A DNA stretch of 64,000 nucleotides from Camelus dromedarius. Lineage: Eukaryota. How positions within the stretch are numbered: the first letter of the stretch is position 1; each line of letters starts with the position of its first letter. Under the pieces are notes generated by a model. It saw only the letters and a list, made by a program, of their open reading frames with translations. It was not told where the DNA came from and did no database searches. This document shows, piece by piece, positions 1-10,090 of this stretch. The DNA is taken from assembly GCF_036321535.1 (NCBI RefSeq), contig NC_087437.1, positions 1,612,001 through 1,676,000 of the forward strand, read 5' to 3'. Made by a program: the position numbers and the translations under genes.

Positions 1-114
1 AAAGTTTCAAAAAGCAACACTTGAATTTGCCACACACACGCAACTGCTTGCATAGCATTGATGTTGCCTTACATACCACGCGTCACCTAGAGATGATTTA
101 AAGTGCACAGGAGG

Positions 115-252
115 ACACAGCGAAAGAGAATGTGAAAATGAATGTATGCGTATGTTCGTGTATAACTGAAAAATTGTGCTCTACACTGGAATCTGACACA
201 ACATTGTCAAATGACAATAACTCGGGGGAAAAAAATGTTTGTATGTAAAAAG
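115..252 (+). mobile_element. 5'-truncated lineage-specific L1 3' tail inserted in the Tigger fossil, with a 16-bp TSD; once per unit
   Basis: gaaaatgaatgtatgcgtatg...actgaaaaattgtgctctacac...tgacacaacattgt..a.tgac.ataactc plus an A-rich tail. Flanked by taaagtgcacaggagg (99-114) and taaagtacacgggagg (253-268), 14/16 identical. Confidence 0.8.
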
Positions 253-595
253 TAAAGTACACGGGAGGGTGCGTGTAATTGTCTGTAAGCCCTATGTCAT
301 TTTATGCAAGAGGCATCAGCATCCATGAATGTTGGCATGTGTGGGGAGTCCTGGGACCAGTGCCCCATGGTTACCAAGGGATGACTGGAAGCCCAGGCTC
401 CTCGTCCCAGCCTGTCATGTCCCCACGTGGTCTGAACCCTGCCTGTGCCACACTCCCCTGGTCACCCTCCTCCAGCCCTGCCAGACTGCCCTCTTCTTCT
501 GGAACAGTCCAAGCTCACTGCACTTCATGCCTGACCTCTAGTAATACCCGTTACTTTCTGAGCATGGCTCTGCTTCAGAAAGGCGGCCTGCATTG

Positions 596-1080
596 CCACT
601 AGAGAACACAGGATGGGAGTTCCTTAAAAAACTAACATTGGACTTACCGTATGATCCAGCCTTCCCACGCCTGGGGATATGTGAGGAGAAATCTCTAATT
701 CAAAAAGTCACATGCACCTCAATGCTCACAGCAGCCCTATTTATAACAGCCGGGACGTGGAAAGAAGCCAAACAAACGTCCATCGGCTGGCGAGTGGACA
801 AAGGTGCAGTGTCCTATTTATGCCATGGAATACTACTCAGCCATGAGAAAGGATAAACCAGTGACATTTGCGGCCACATGTACGGACACAGAGATAGTCA
901 TTCTGTGTGAAGGAAGCCAGAAGAGAGAAAAATGCCGTATGATGCCACTTCCATGCGGAATCTAAACAAAAGTCAGAGACGAAGTTAACGACAAAAGAGG
1001 AACAGACCCACAGACATAGAGAAACAAACTTACGGTTACCAGGGCGGGAAGGGGGTGGAAAGGGGAAAATATGGGCATTG
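596..1080 (+). mobile_element. L1 ORF2 C-terminus + 3'UTR fragment; once per unit
   Basis: Translation LKKLTLDLPYDPAFPRLGI...CTSMLTAALFITAGTWK matches the L1 ORF2 C-terminal motif (LPYDPAIPLLGIY...CTxMFIAALFTIAKxWK). Followed by ggaatactactcagccat and 3'UTR-like sequence. Confidence 0.9.
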
Positions 1081-1089
1081 GAGAATTGC

Positions 1090-1240
1090 CCCTCTTGGGG
1101 AGTGATGGAAATGGTAGCTATCTTGATGGTGGTGATGGTTTTCTGGGTGCAGACGTCTATGAAAATTCATCAAATACTACATGTGAGATGTGTCTAATTG
1201 ACGGAACAGAAATCGTACCACAATAAAGGTGTTTTAAACA
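1090..1240 (+). mobile_element. Older L1M-type 3' end fragment; once per unit
   Basis: gtgatggaaatg....tatcttgat.gtggtgatggtt...aaaattcatcaaat...caataaag, typical of ancient L1M 3'UTR ends. Confidence 0.65.
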
Positions 1241-1596
1241 AAGAGAGATGGGCTGCATTGTGTCCTATGTTTCTATGTGTCTTCAGGGAGGCCTCAACTG
1301 GGCGGTGCTGGCCTTCCTGCCAACACGATGGCAAGAAGCCCGAACGATCCATCGATGGGAAGAAGATAAGAGCTGTGGTCACATCTGGACCCCAAGCTTA
1401 GACATGGTGCGTGGGTGACATTTATCGACAATCCGGCGAGGTTCCGGCCAGAGCTATAGGCCGGGGCAGCAAAGCGGGAGCGGCACTAAGGAGCATGGTG
1501 GCGCAGAGGCTGGACTGGGGGCCCGCAGGCTACTCCCGGGAGGAGCCTCAGAGTTTGGGAGGTGGCTAACGTGCCTGCTTCGTGTCACCAGCAAGT

Positions 1597-1630
1597 GATG
1601 CCACCTGTGGGCTATCAGCTGGAATCCTGA
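1597..1630 (-). promoter_or_regulatory. CTCF-like motif A (minus strand); once per unit
   Basis: Reverse complement reads caggattccagctgat(a/t)GCCCACAGGTGGCAtc, resembling the core CCASYAGRKGGCRS with a possible upstream motif. Confidence 0.5.
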
Positions 1631-2747
1631 GCCGGGTCAGCCCTGGGTGATGCGCTAAGGGCTCCTAGCAAAGGGGGAGACAGACGGACAGTGAACCAAG
1701 CAACAGGCTGCTGAGTTTGGGGCCTGTGTTTCTCGTGCTTTCCGTGTCTCACTGCACCTCAGTGTCGCCCGGAGGAATTGCGGCGGTGTTTCGAGGCTGA
1801 TGGCCTCTCGGTTCCTCATCAGCCTGGCAAGCCCCCAGCTTTCTCCGGCCAGACCTTGGCAAGCGCCTTCCCTTGTTCTAACAAAAGCCTTCCCACCCTC
1901 GCCTGCGGGGAGCTTATGTTTTCTTAATTGATGGGAATGACGATACCTTCCAGCCTCCTCAGGCCTTTCCTTAGTGCTTCTGCCCTTAGACCCCGGCAAG
2001 GGGGCCCTCCCCAACCCCGCTGCCCTGGGTCCTGAGCTACAGAGGGTCCCTCTGGCCCTGACACTCCCTCTGGCCACGCCCTCCACGGGATGGATTCAGC
2101 AGGGCCAAGGGGACACGCCAAATGGCTCCACCCCGTGCTCTGGAAACCCAGGATCACGAATGCCCTGCCCCAGCAGCCCCTGACCCACTTCTAGTGTCTG
2201 CACCGGCTCTCGCCAGAGCTCAGCTTCCCAGGACTCACACAGAGGCAACGGTCAGCTGTTGGCATGGAGGGTATGGACAGAGCCCGGATGTGAGGACTGA
2301 GTGTCCCCCTGTGCACCTAAGAGGCCACTTGGGGCATGGGATGGACCCAGCATTGGGAAGAAAACGGTCAGGCTATTGGTCAGACACTGGGAATCGGCTC
2401 TCCCCACACTGTCACTTTCTGTGCGGGACTCCCTTGAGTCTGGGAATTCTAAAGTTGAGCCTGGCCTTCCCTCTTAGAATGAATGTGTCATTGTAAAGTC
2501 AGGAGTTTAGAACCTACCGCGCTTAAAATGTTGACAAATATACGATGGGAACTACCAGATAAGCTCTGGCCCTGCACTTGCAAAGGACCAGAGCAGTTCT
2601 TTTGGCTCTGCTGAGACTGCAAGGGGCAAAGACCTTCTCCAGAGTGGAGGGGCTCCTGCTTCATGCTCCGAATTCAGGAGCTTCTGAGCGGATGAAACAA
2701 TGGACACTGAGACCCTCGATTGGAAGTTGCTTTAGAATGACGCCAAA

Positions 2748-2965
2748 GTTGTGTGTGACGTGTGTGTGCGTACGCGCTCGCGTACACCTGGGGACGTGTG
2801 AGGTACGTGACAGTGACTTTGCGTGTGTGTGCGCGCCTGAGGACGTGGGTGGTTGTGTGTTATGTTATGGGTGTGTGTGTGGCACATGACTCCGAGTGTG
2901 TGCGTGGGGATGTATGTGGAGCAGAGCCAGTGTGTTTGCACGTGTGTTTGGGTGTAGGTGCATGC
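2748..2965. repeat. Imperfect (GT/GC)n alternating purine-pyrimidine tract; once per unit
   Basis: gtgtgtgacgtgtgtgtgcgtacgcgctcgcgtacac...gcgtgtgtgtgcgcgc...gtgtgtgtgtggcac. Confidence 0.85.
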
Positions 2966-3124
2966 AGTAGTTTTAAGAAAAGCAGAAGCTGTCCCTTAGG
3001 AGTCTGAAGTAGTAAAACTTGTATGGTGTCCCTCACTGTATAATTCAAAATGAAAATAATCTTCAATCACCAGAAATGTACTCCCCCCCCCACCCCGATT
3101 CTCATTTTTTCCCCGATATGGATT

Positions 3125-3255
3125 CTGTCTTCATTTTACTGATGGGGAAACTAGCTTAGAGTTGTTAAGTGACTCAGTCAAGGGCATGGAGCTCGCGAGC
3201 CCAGGGCCAGGATGCAGTCCAAGCGGCCCGGCTCCAGAGGCCCTGAAACCTGCTC
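3125..3255 (-). mobile_element. MIR SINE fragment; once per unit
   Basis: cattttactgatggggaaact...gttaagtgact...caagg.ca...agct...gccaggat...ccaag...gctccagag matches the MIR core in antisense. Confidence 0.8.
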
Positions 3256-3569
3256 ACGACCGCGCGAGGCCTCTTGGCCGGGGGAACAGATTCTGATGGG
3301 CAGGGGCCAGCGTGCCGGCTGCCCAAGCCACGGACTCTGCAAGTCGGGTGGAGAGTACCAGACAGCAGACGAGGGTAAAGGGCTGCTCAGAAATCAGTTA
3401 GCTTCCTAGATCTTCGATGAGTAAGGAGGCTCACTGCTCACCCTCGATCCATTTGCTGGTGGCTAAAAGGGACCAAGGCCCACGAGAGCGCTTCTGGGAG
3501 CTGCTGCCTGCCGAAACCTGGAACAGGACTGCTCAGGACTGGCTCTGCAGCAGGAGCGAAGGGAGGCAA

Positions 3570-3602
3570 TGTCGCCACCTGGTGGACATCCTGGGTAGTG
3601 GC
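3570..3602 (-). promoter_or_regulatory. CTCF motif B (minus strand); once per unit
   Basis: Reverse complement reads gccactacccaggaTGTCCACCAGGTGGCGACA: near-consensus core plus an upstream-motif-like ccactaccc. Confidence 0.75.
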
Positions 3603-3659
3603 GGTAGGAGGCCTAGCACCCTTGGTATGGAGGTGGCAAGACGAGGTCCTACGAGATGA

Positions 3660-4400
3660 TCTTTTCCACGGGTCTTAAAAATCATTGCTTGATATATTTT
3701 ATCCGCTTTGGGGTTTACTGTAGGATGGTAAATATGGTCTCCGTTACTCCTTCTTAGCTGGATTGATGAATTGTTTTTGAGGTTAATTTTCTCTTCAGTG
3801 ATTTGGAAGCTATATTGCCTTTTAAGGAAAATTCTCTCTAAATGTTTATAAATCATCTCGAAGTTCATAACTCTATATTTAATTCGACCAGTATTGCTAC
3901 AAGAGCCTCAAAAACGAAATCATCTATTAGATCTTGTTTCTCAATCATGATACATTTAGCATATTTTACCTCTCTGCTCTTCCCAATGGTGCATGTGTGT
4001 GAGCGCGTGATCTACACTTACTGCTTTTTAGACAGTTGCTTTAAGTTTGTTACATTCACAATGAAAATATAGGTATAAATAACTTGGATTTCATTACTCA
4101 CTACCACTACTTAATCCCATGTCTTTCCCATTTTTGAGTTATTTACTTCTTTCCCAATCAAATGGAGACATGATTGGCTAATTTTTTTTGAGCGGTGGAC
4201 TTGGAACCCTTCCCTGTCTATAAGCAGCTTTAGTTTCTTGCCATAACTCGGCTTCATTGAGAAGCATGTTTTTACCGTTTCTCAGACGGGCTTCCGCTTT
4301 GAAGCACTAAACCGTCTCTGTACTCTTTCTCTCCATGCTTATTCCTGAAAAAGTGAGCTCTCTACCGGAATAAAGATGCTTCCCGTCAGAGATGTTTGGC
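3660..4400 (-). mobile_element. AT-rich degenerate ancient L1 fragment (antisense); once per unit
   Basis: T-rich composition with weak resemblance to antisense L1M internal sequence; family not resolvable by eye. Confidence 0.4.
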
Positions 4401-4888
4401 TCCCTGTCCCAAGGTCCAGAAGAAGAGAAAAGGAAAGATTCCTGGCTCCGATGCTTCTGTTCTGTCAGCGGAGAGATCTAGTAATCCGTGTGGCTGCGGT
4501 GGAACCTGCAACAACTTGCCTCATAGTTTCGTTTTTCTGGCTTAATAGGGGAGCCGCAGTAACTGAGGTCACGGCTCTCTGGCCCTTTTCGGGATCCCGG
4601 TGCTGAGGCAGCCCCTTCCCCCCACCCCCACTCCTTGTCATTTGGATCGTGCAAACTGGGTGCCAGCCGTGCGAACCCTGCACATGGCGGCCAGGATTGC
4701 CCCCCCACGCGACGTGTCCCCAGTTCCTCGGCATCCCTCACTGCTACCAGCTAGCTCCAGGAAGGGTGCGAGCTGGCTTCCACTGCCGTCCTTCCTCCTT
4801 CCTGTCCAGGCGGGCCCTCCTTTAGCGCTAGTCGGCCCGAAACCTTCTCTCCTGCGCTGCATACGCTGAAGAATTGCCTCAACGTTTC

Positions 4889-4907
4889 CAGCCGCTAGAG
4901 GGCGCTC
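4889..4907 (+). promoter_or_regulatory. CTCF motif C (plus strand); once per unit
   Basis: CAGCCGCTAGAGGGCGCTC is a near-perfect match to the CTCF core consensus. Confidence 0.8.
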
Positions 4908-4971
4908 TTCTCCTCTTTTTGGTCCCCTTCAGCGCTGACAGTGGAAATTGAGCAGGTGGGAAGGGCTTGGG

Positions 4972-5433
4972 GGTTCTCCGTATCTAGGGGTTCCCGATCC
5001 ATCAGATTCAAATAAATGCGGGTTGAAAATATTCGGGAAAAAACAGAAAGTTTCAAAAAGCAACACTTGAATTTGCCACATACACGCAACTGCTTGAATA
5101 GCATTGATGTTGCCTTACATACCACGCGTCACCTAGAGATGATTTAAAGTGCACAGGAGGACACAGCGAAAGAGAATGTGAAAATGAATGTATGCGTATG
5201 TTCGTGTATTACTGAAAAATTGTGCTCTACACTGGAATCTGACACAACATTGTCAAATGACAATAACTCGGGGGAAAAAAATGTTTGTATGTAAAAAGTA
5301 AAGTACACGGGAGGGTGCGTGTAATTGTCTGTAAGCCCTATGTCATTTTATGCAAGAGGCATCAGCATCCATGAATGTTGGCATGTGTGGGGAGTCCTGG
5401 GACCAGTGCCCCATGGTTACCAAGGGATGACTG
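4972..5433 (+). mobile_element. MER2/Tigger-like (TcMar-Tigger) DNA transposon fossil, interrupted by an L1 tail; present once per unit
   Basis: ctccgtatc...gattcaa..aa.gcgggttgaaaatattcggg...aagtttcaaaaagcaacacttgaatttgcc...ctagagatgatttaaagt...gtcctgggaccagtgcccc..ggttaccaagggatgactg resembles the MER2/Tigger3-type consensus as recalled. Confidence 0.75.
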
Positions 5434-8400
5434 GAAGCCCAGGCTCCTCGTCCCAGCCTGTCATGTCCCCACGTGGTCTGAACCCTGCCTGTGCCACACT
5501 CCCCTGGTCACCCTCCTCCAGCCCTGCCAGACTGCCCTCTACTTCTGGAACAGTCCAAGCTCACTGCACTTCATGCCTGACCTCTAGTAATACCCGTTAC
5601 TTTCTGAGCATGGCTCTGCTTCAGAAAGGCGGCCTGCATTGCCACTAGAGAAGACAGGATGGGAGTTCTTTAAAAAACTAACATTGGACTTACCGTATGA
5701 TCCAGCCTTCCCACGCCTGGGGATATGTGAGGAGAAATCTCTAATTCAAAAAGTCACATGCACCTCAATGCTCACAGCAGCCCTATTTATAACAGCCGGG
5801 ACGTGGAAAGAAGCCAAACAAACGTCCATCGGCTGGCGAGTGGACAAAGGTGCAGTGTCCTATTTATGCCATGGAATACTACTCTGCCATGAAAAAGGAT
5901 AAACCAGTGACATATGCGGCCACATGTACGGACACAGAGATACTCATTCTGTGTGAAGGAAGCCAGAAGAGAGAAAAATGCCGTATGATGCCACTTCCAT
6001 GCGGAATCTAAACAAAAGTCAGAGACGAAGTTAACGACAAAAGAGGAACAGACCCACAGACATAGAGAAACAAACTCACGGTTACCAGGGCGGGAAGGGG
6101 GTGGAAAGGGGAAAATATGGGCATTGGAGAATTGCCCCTCTTGGGGAGTGATGGAAATGGTAGCTATCTTGATGGTGGTGATGGTTTTCTGGGTGCAGAC
6201 GTCTATGAAAATTCATCAAATACTACATGTGAGATGTGTCTAATTGACGGAACAGAAATCGTACCAAAATAAAGGTGTTTTAAACAAAGAGAGATGGGCT
6301 GCATTGTGTCCTATGTTTCTATGTGTCTTCAGGGAGGCCTCAACAGGGCGGTGCTGGCCTTCCTGCCAACACGATGGCAAGAAGCCCGAACGATCCATCG
6401 ATGGGAAGAAGATAAGAGCTGTGGTCACATCTGGACCCCAAGCTTAGACATGGTGCGTGGGTGACATTTATCGACAATCCGGCGAGTTTCCGGCCAGAGC
6501 TATAGGCCGGGGCAGCAAAGCGGGAGCGTCACTAAGGAGCATGGTGGCGCAGAGGCTGGACTGGGGGACCGCAGGCTCCTCCCGGGAGGAGCCTCAGAGT
6601 TTGGGAGGTGGCTAACGTGCCTGCTTCGTGTCACCAGCGAGTGATGCCACCTGTGGGCAATCAGCTGGAATCCTGAGCCGGGTCAGCCCTGGGTGATGCG
6701 CTAAGGGCTCCTAGCATAGGGGGCGACAGACGGACAGTGAACCAAGCAACAGGCTGCTGAGTTTGGGGCCTGTGTTTCTCGTGCTTTCCGTGTCTCACTG
6801 CACCTCAGTTTCGCCCGGAGGAATTGCGGCGGTGTTTCGAGGCTGATGGCCTCTCGGTTCCTCATCAGCCTGGCAAGCCCCCAGCTTTCTCCGGCCAGAC
6901 CTTGGCAAGCGCCTTCCCTTGTTCTAACAAAAGCCTTCCCACCCTCGCCTGCGGGGAGCTTTTGTTTTCTTAATTGATGGGAATGACGATACCTTCCAGC
7001 CTCCTCAGGCCTTTCCTTAGTGCTTCTGCCCTTAGACCCCGGCAAGGGGGCCCTCCCCAACCCCGCTGCCCTGGGTCCTGAACTACAGAGGGTCCCTCTG
7101 GCCCTGACACGCCCTCTGGCCACGCCCTCCACGGGATGGATTCAGCAGGGCCAAGGGGACACGCCAAATGGCTCCACCCCGTGCTCTGGAAACCCAGGAT
7201 CACGAATGCCCTGCCCCAGCAGCCCCTGACCCACTTCTAGTGTCTGCACCGGCTCTCGCCAGAGCTCAGCTTCCCAGGACTCACACAGAGGCCAACGGTC
7301 AGCTGTTGGCATGGAGGGTATGGACAGAGCCCGGATGTGAGGACTGAGTGTCCCCCTGTGCACCTAAGAGGCCACTTGGGGCATGGGATGGACCCAGCAT
7401 TGGGAAGAAAACGGTCAGGCTATTGGTCAGACACTGGGAATCGGCTCTCCCTACACTGTCACTTTCTGTGCGGGACTCCCTTGAGTCTGGGAATTCTAAA
7501 GTTGAGCCTGGCCTTCCCTCTTAGAATGAATGTGTCATTGTAAAGTCAGGAGTTTAGAACCTACCGCGCTTAAAATGTTGACAAATATACGATGGGAACT
7601 ACCAGATAAGCTCTGGCCCTGCACTTGCAAAGGACCAGAGCATTTCTTTTGGCTCTGCTGAGACTGCAAGGGGCAAGACCTTCTCCAGAGTGGATGGGCT
7701 CCTGCTTCATGCTCCGAATTCAGGAGCTTCTGAGCGGATGAAACAATGGACACTGAGACCCTCGATTGGAAGTTGCTTTAGAATGACGCCAAAGTTGTGT
7801 GTGACGTGTGTGTGCGTACGCGCTCGCGTACACCTGGGGACGTGTGAGGTACGTGACAGTGACTTTGCGTGTGTGTGCGCGCCTGAGGACGTGGGTGGTT
7901 GTGTGTTATGTTATGGGTGTGTGTGTGGCACATGACTCCGAGTGTGTGCGTGGGGATGTATGTGGAGCAGAGCCAGTGTGTCTGCACGTGTGTTTGGGTG
8001 TAGGTGCATGCAGTAGTTTTAAGAAAAGCAGAAGCTGTCCCTTAGGAGTCTGAAGTAGTAAAACTTGTATGGTGTCCCTCACTGTATAATTCAAAATGAG
8101 AATAATTTTCAATCACCAGAAATGTACTCCCCCCCACCCCGATTCTCATTTTTTCCCCGATATGGATTCTGTCTTCATTTTACTGATGGGGAAACTAGCT
8201 TAGAGTTGTTAAGTGACTCAGTCAAGGGCATGGAGCTCGCGAGCCCAGGGCCAGGATGCAGTCCAAGCGGCCTGGCTCCAGAGGCCTGGAAACCTGCTCA
8301 CGACCGCGCGTGGCCTCTTGGCCGGGGGAACAGATTCTGATGGGCAAGGGCCAGCGTGCCGGCTGCCCAAGCCACGGACTCTGCAAGTCGGGTGGAGAGT

Positions 8401-10090
8401 ACCAGACAGCAGACGAGGGTAAAGGGCTGCTCAGAAATCAGTTAGCTTCCTAGATCTTCGATGAGTAAGGAGGCTCACTGCTCACCCTCGATCCCTTTGC
8501 TGGTGGCTAAAAGGGACCAAGGCCCACGAGAGCGCTTCTGGGAGCTGCTGCCTGCCGAAACCTGGAACAGGACTGCTCAGGACTGGCTCTGCAGCAGGAG
8601 CGAAGGGAGGCAATGTCGCCACCTGGTGGACATCCTGGGTAGTGGCGGTAGGAGGCCTAGCACCCTTGGTATGGAGGTGGCAAGACGAGGTCCTACGAGA
8701 TGATCTTTTCCACGGGTCTTAAAAATCATTGCTTGATATATTTTATCCTCTTTGGGGTTTACTGTAGGATGGTAAATATGGTCTCCGTTACTCCTTCTTA
8801 GCTGGATTGATGAATTGTATTTGAGGTTAATTTTCTCTTCAGTGATTTGGAAGCTATATTGCCTTTTAAGGAAAATTCTCTCTAAATGTTTATAAATCAT
8901 CTCGAAGTTCATAACTCTATATTTAATTCGACCAGTATTGCTACAAGAGCCTCAAAAACGAAATCATCTATTAGATCTTGTTTCTCAATCATGATACATT
9001 TAGCATATTTTACCTCTCTGCTCTTCCCAATGGTGCATGTGTGTGAGCGCGTGATCTACACTTACTGCTTTTTAGACAGTTGCTTTAAGTTTGCTACATT
9101 CAAAATGAAAATATAGGGATAAATAACTTGGATTTCATTACTCACTACCACTAATTAATCCCATGTCTTTCCCATTTTTGAGTTATTTACTTCTTTCCCA
9201 ATCAAATGGAGACATGATTGGCTAATTTTTTTTGAGCGGTGGACTTGGAACCCTTCCCTGTCTATAAGCAGCTTTAGGTTCTTGCCATAACTCGGCTTCA
9301 TTGAGAAGCATGTTTTTACCGTTTCTCAGACGGGCTTCCGCTTTGAAGCACTAAACCGTCTCTGTACTCTTTCTCTCCATGCTTATTCCTGAAAACGTGA
9401 GCTCTCTACCGGAATAAAGATTCTTCCCGTCAGAGATGTTTGGCTCCCTGTCCCAAGGTCCAGAAGAAGAGAAAAGGAAAGATTCCTGGCTGCGATACTT
9501 CTATTCTGTCAGCTGACAGATCTAGTTATCCGTGTGGCTGCGGTGGAACCTGCAACAATTTGCCTCATAGTTTCCTTTTTCTGGCTTACTAGGGGAGCCG
9601 CAGTAACAGAGGTCACGGCGCTCTGGCCCTTTTCGGGATCCCGGTGCTGAGGCAGCCCCTTCCCCCCACCCCCACTCCTTGTCATTTGGATCGTGCAAAC
9701 TGGGTGCCAGCCGTGCGAACCCTGCACCTGGCGGCCAGGATTGCCCCCCCAAGCGACGTGTCCCCAGTTCCTCGGCATCCCTCACTGCTACCAGCTATCT
9801 CCAGGAAGGGTGCGAGCTGGCTTCCACTGCCGTCCTTCCTCCTTCCTGTCCAGGCGGGCCCTCCTTTTGCGCTAGTCGGCCCGAAACCTTCTCTCCTGCG
9901 CTGCATACGCTGAAGAACTGCCTCAACGTTTCCAGCCGCTAGAGGGCGCTCTTCTCCTCTTTTTGGTCCCCTTCAGCGCTGACAGTGGAAATTGAGCAGG
10001 TGGGAAGAGCTTGGGGGTTCTCCGTATCTAGGGACTCCCGATCCATCAGATTCAACTAAATGCGGGTTGAAAATATTCGGGAAAAAACAG
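5047..10090 (+). repeat. Macrosatellite unit 2
   Basis: Anchor recurrence, 5044 bp. Confidence 0.97.

Larger units (their letters stand above)
1..5046 (+). repeat. Macrosatellite unit 1 (phase set by window start)
   Basis: Anchor at 1; next anchor at 5047. Confidence 0.97.

Noticed and set aside
4455..4570. Second candidate exon after ttctgttctgtcag
   Set aside because: A plausible acceptor, but no convincing donor follows and the region varies between units.
4680..4693. YY1-like motif acatggcggcc
   Set aside because: Present only in unit 1; the other units read acctggcggcc, so it is not a conserved array feature.
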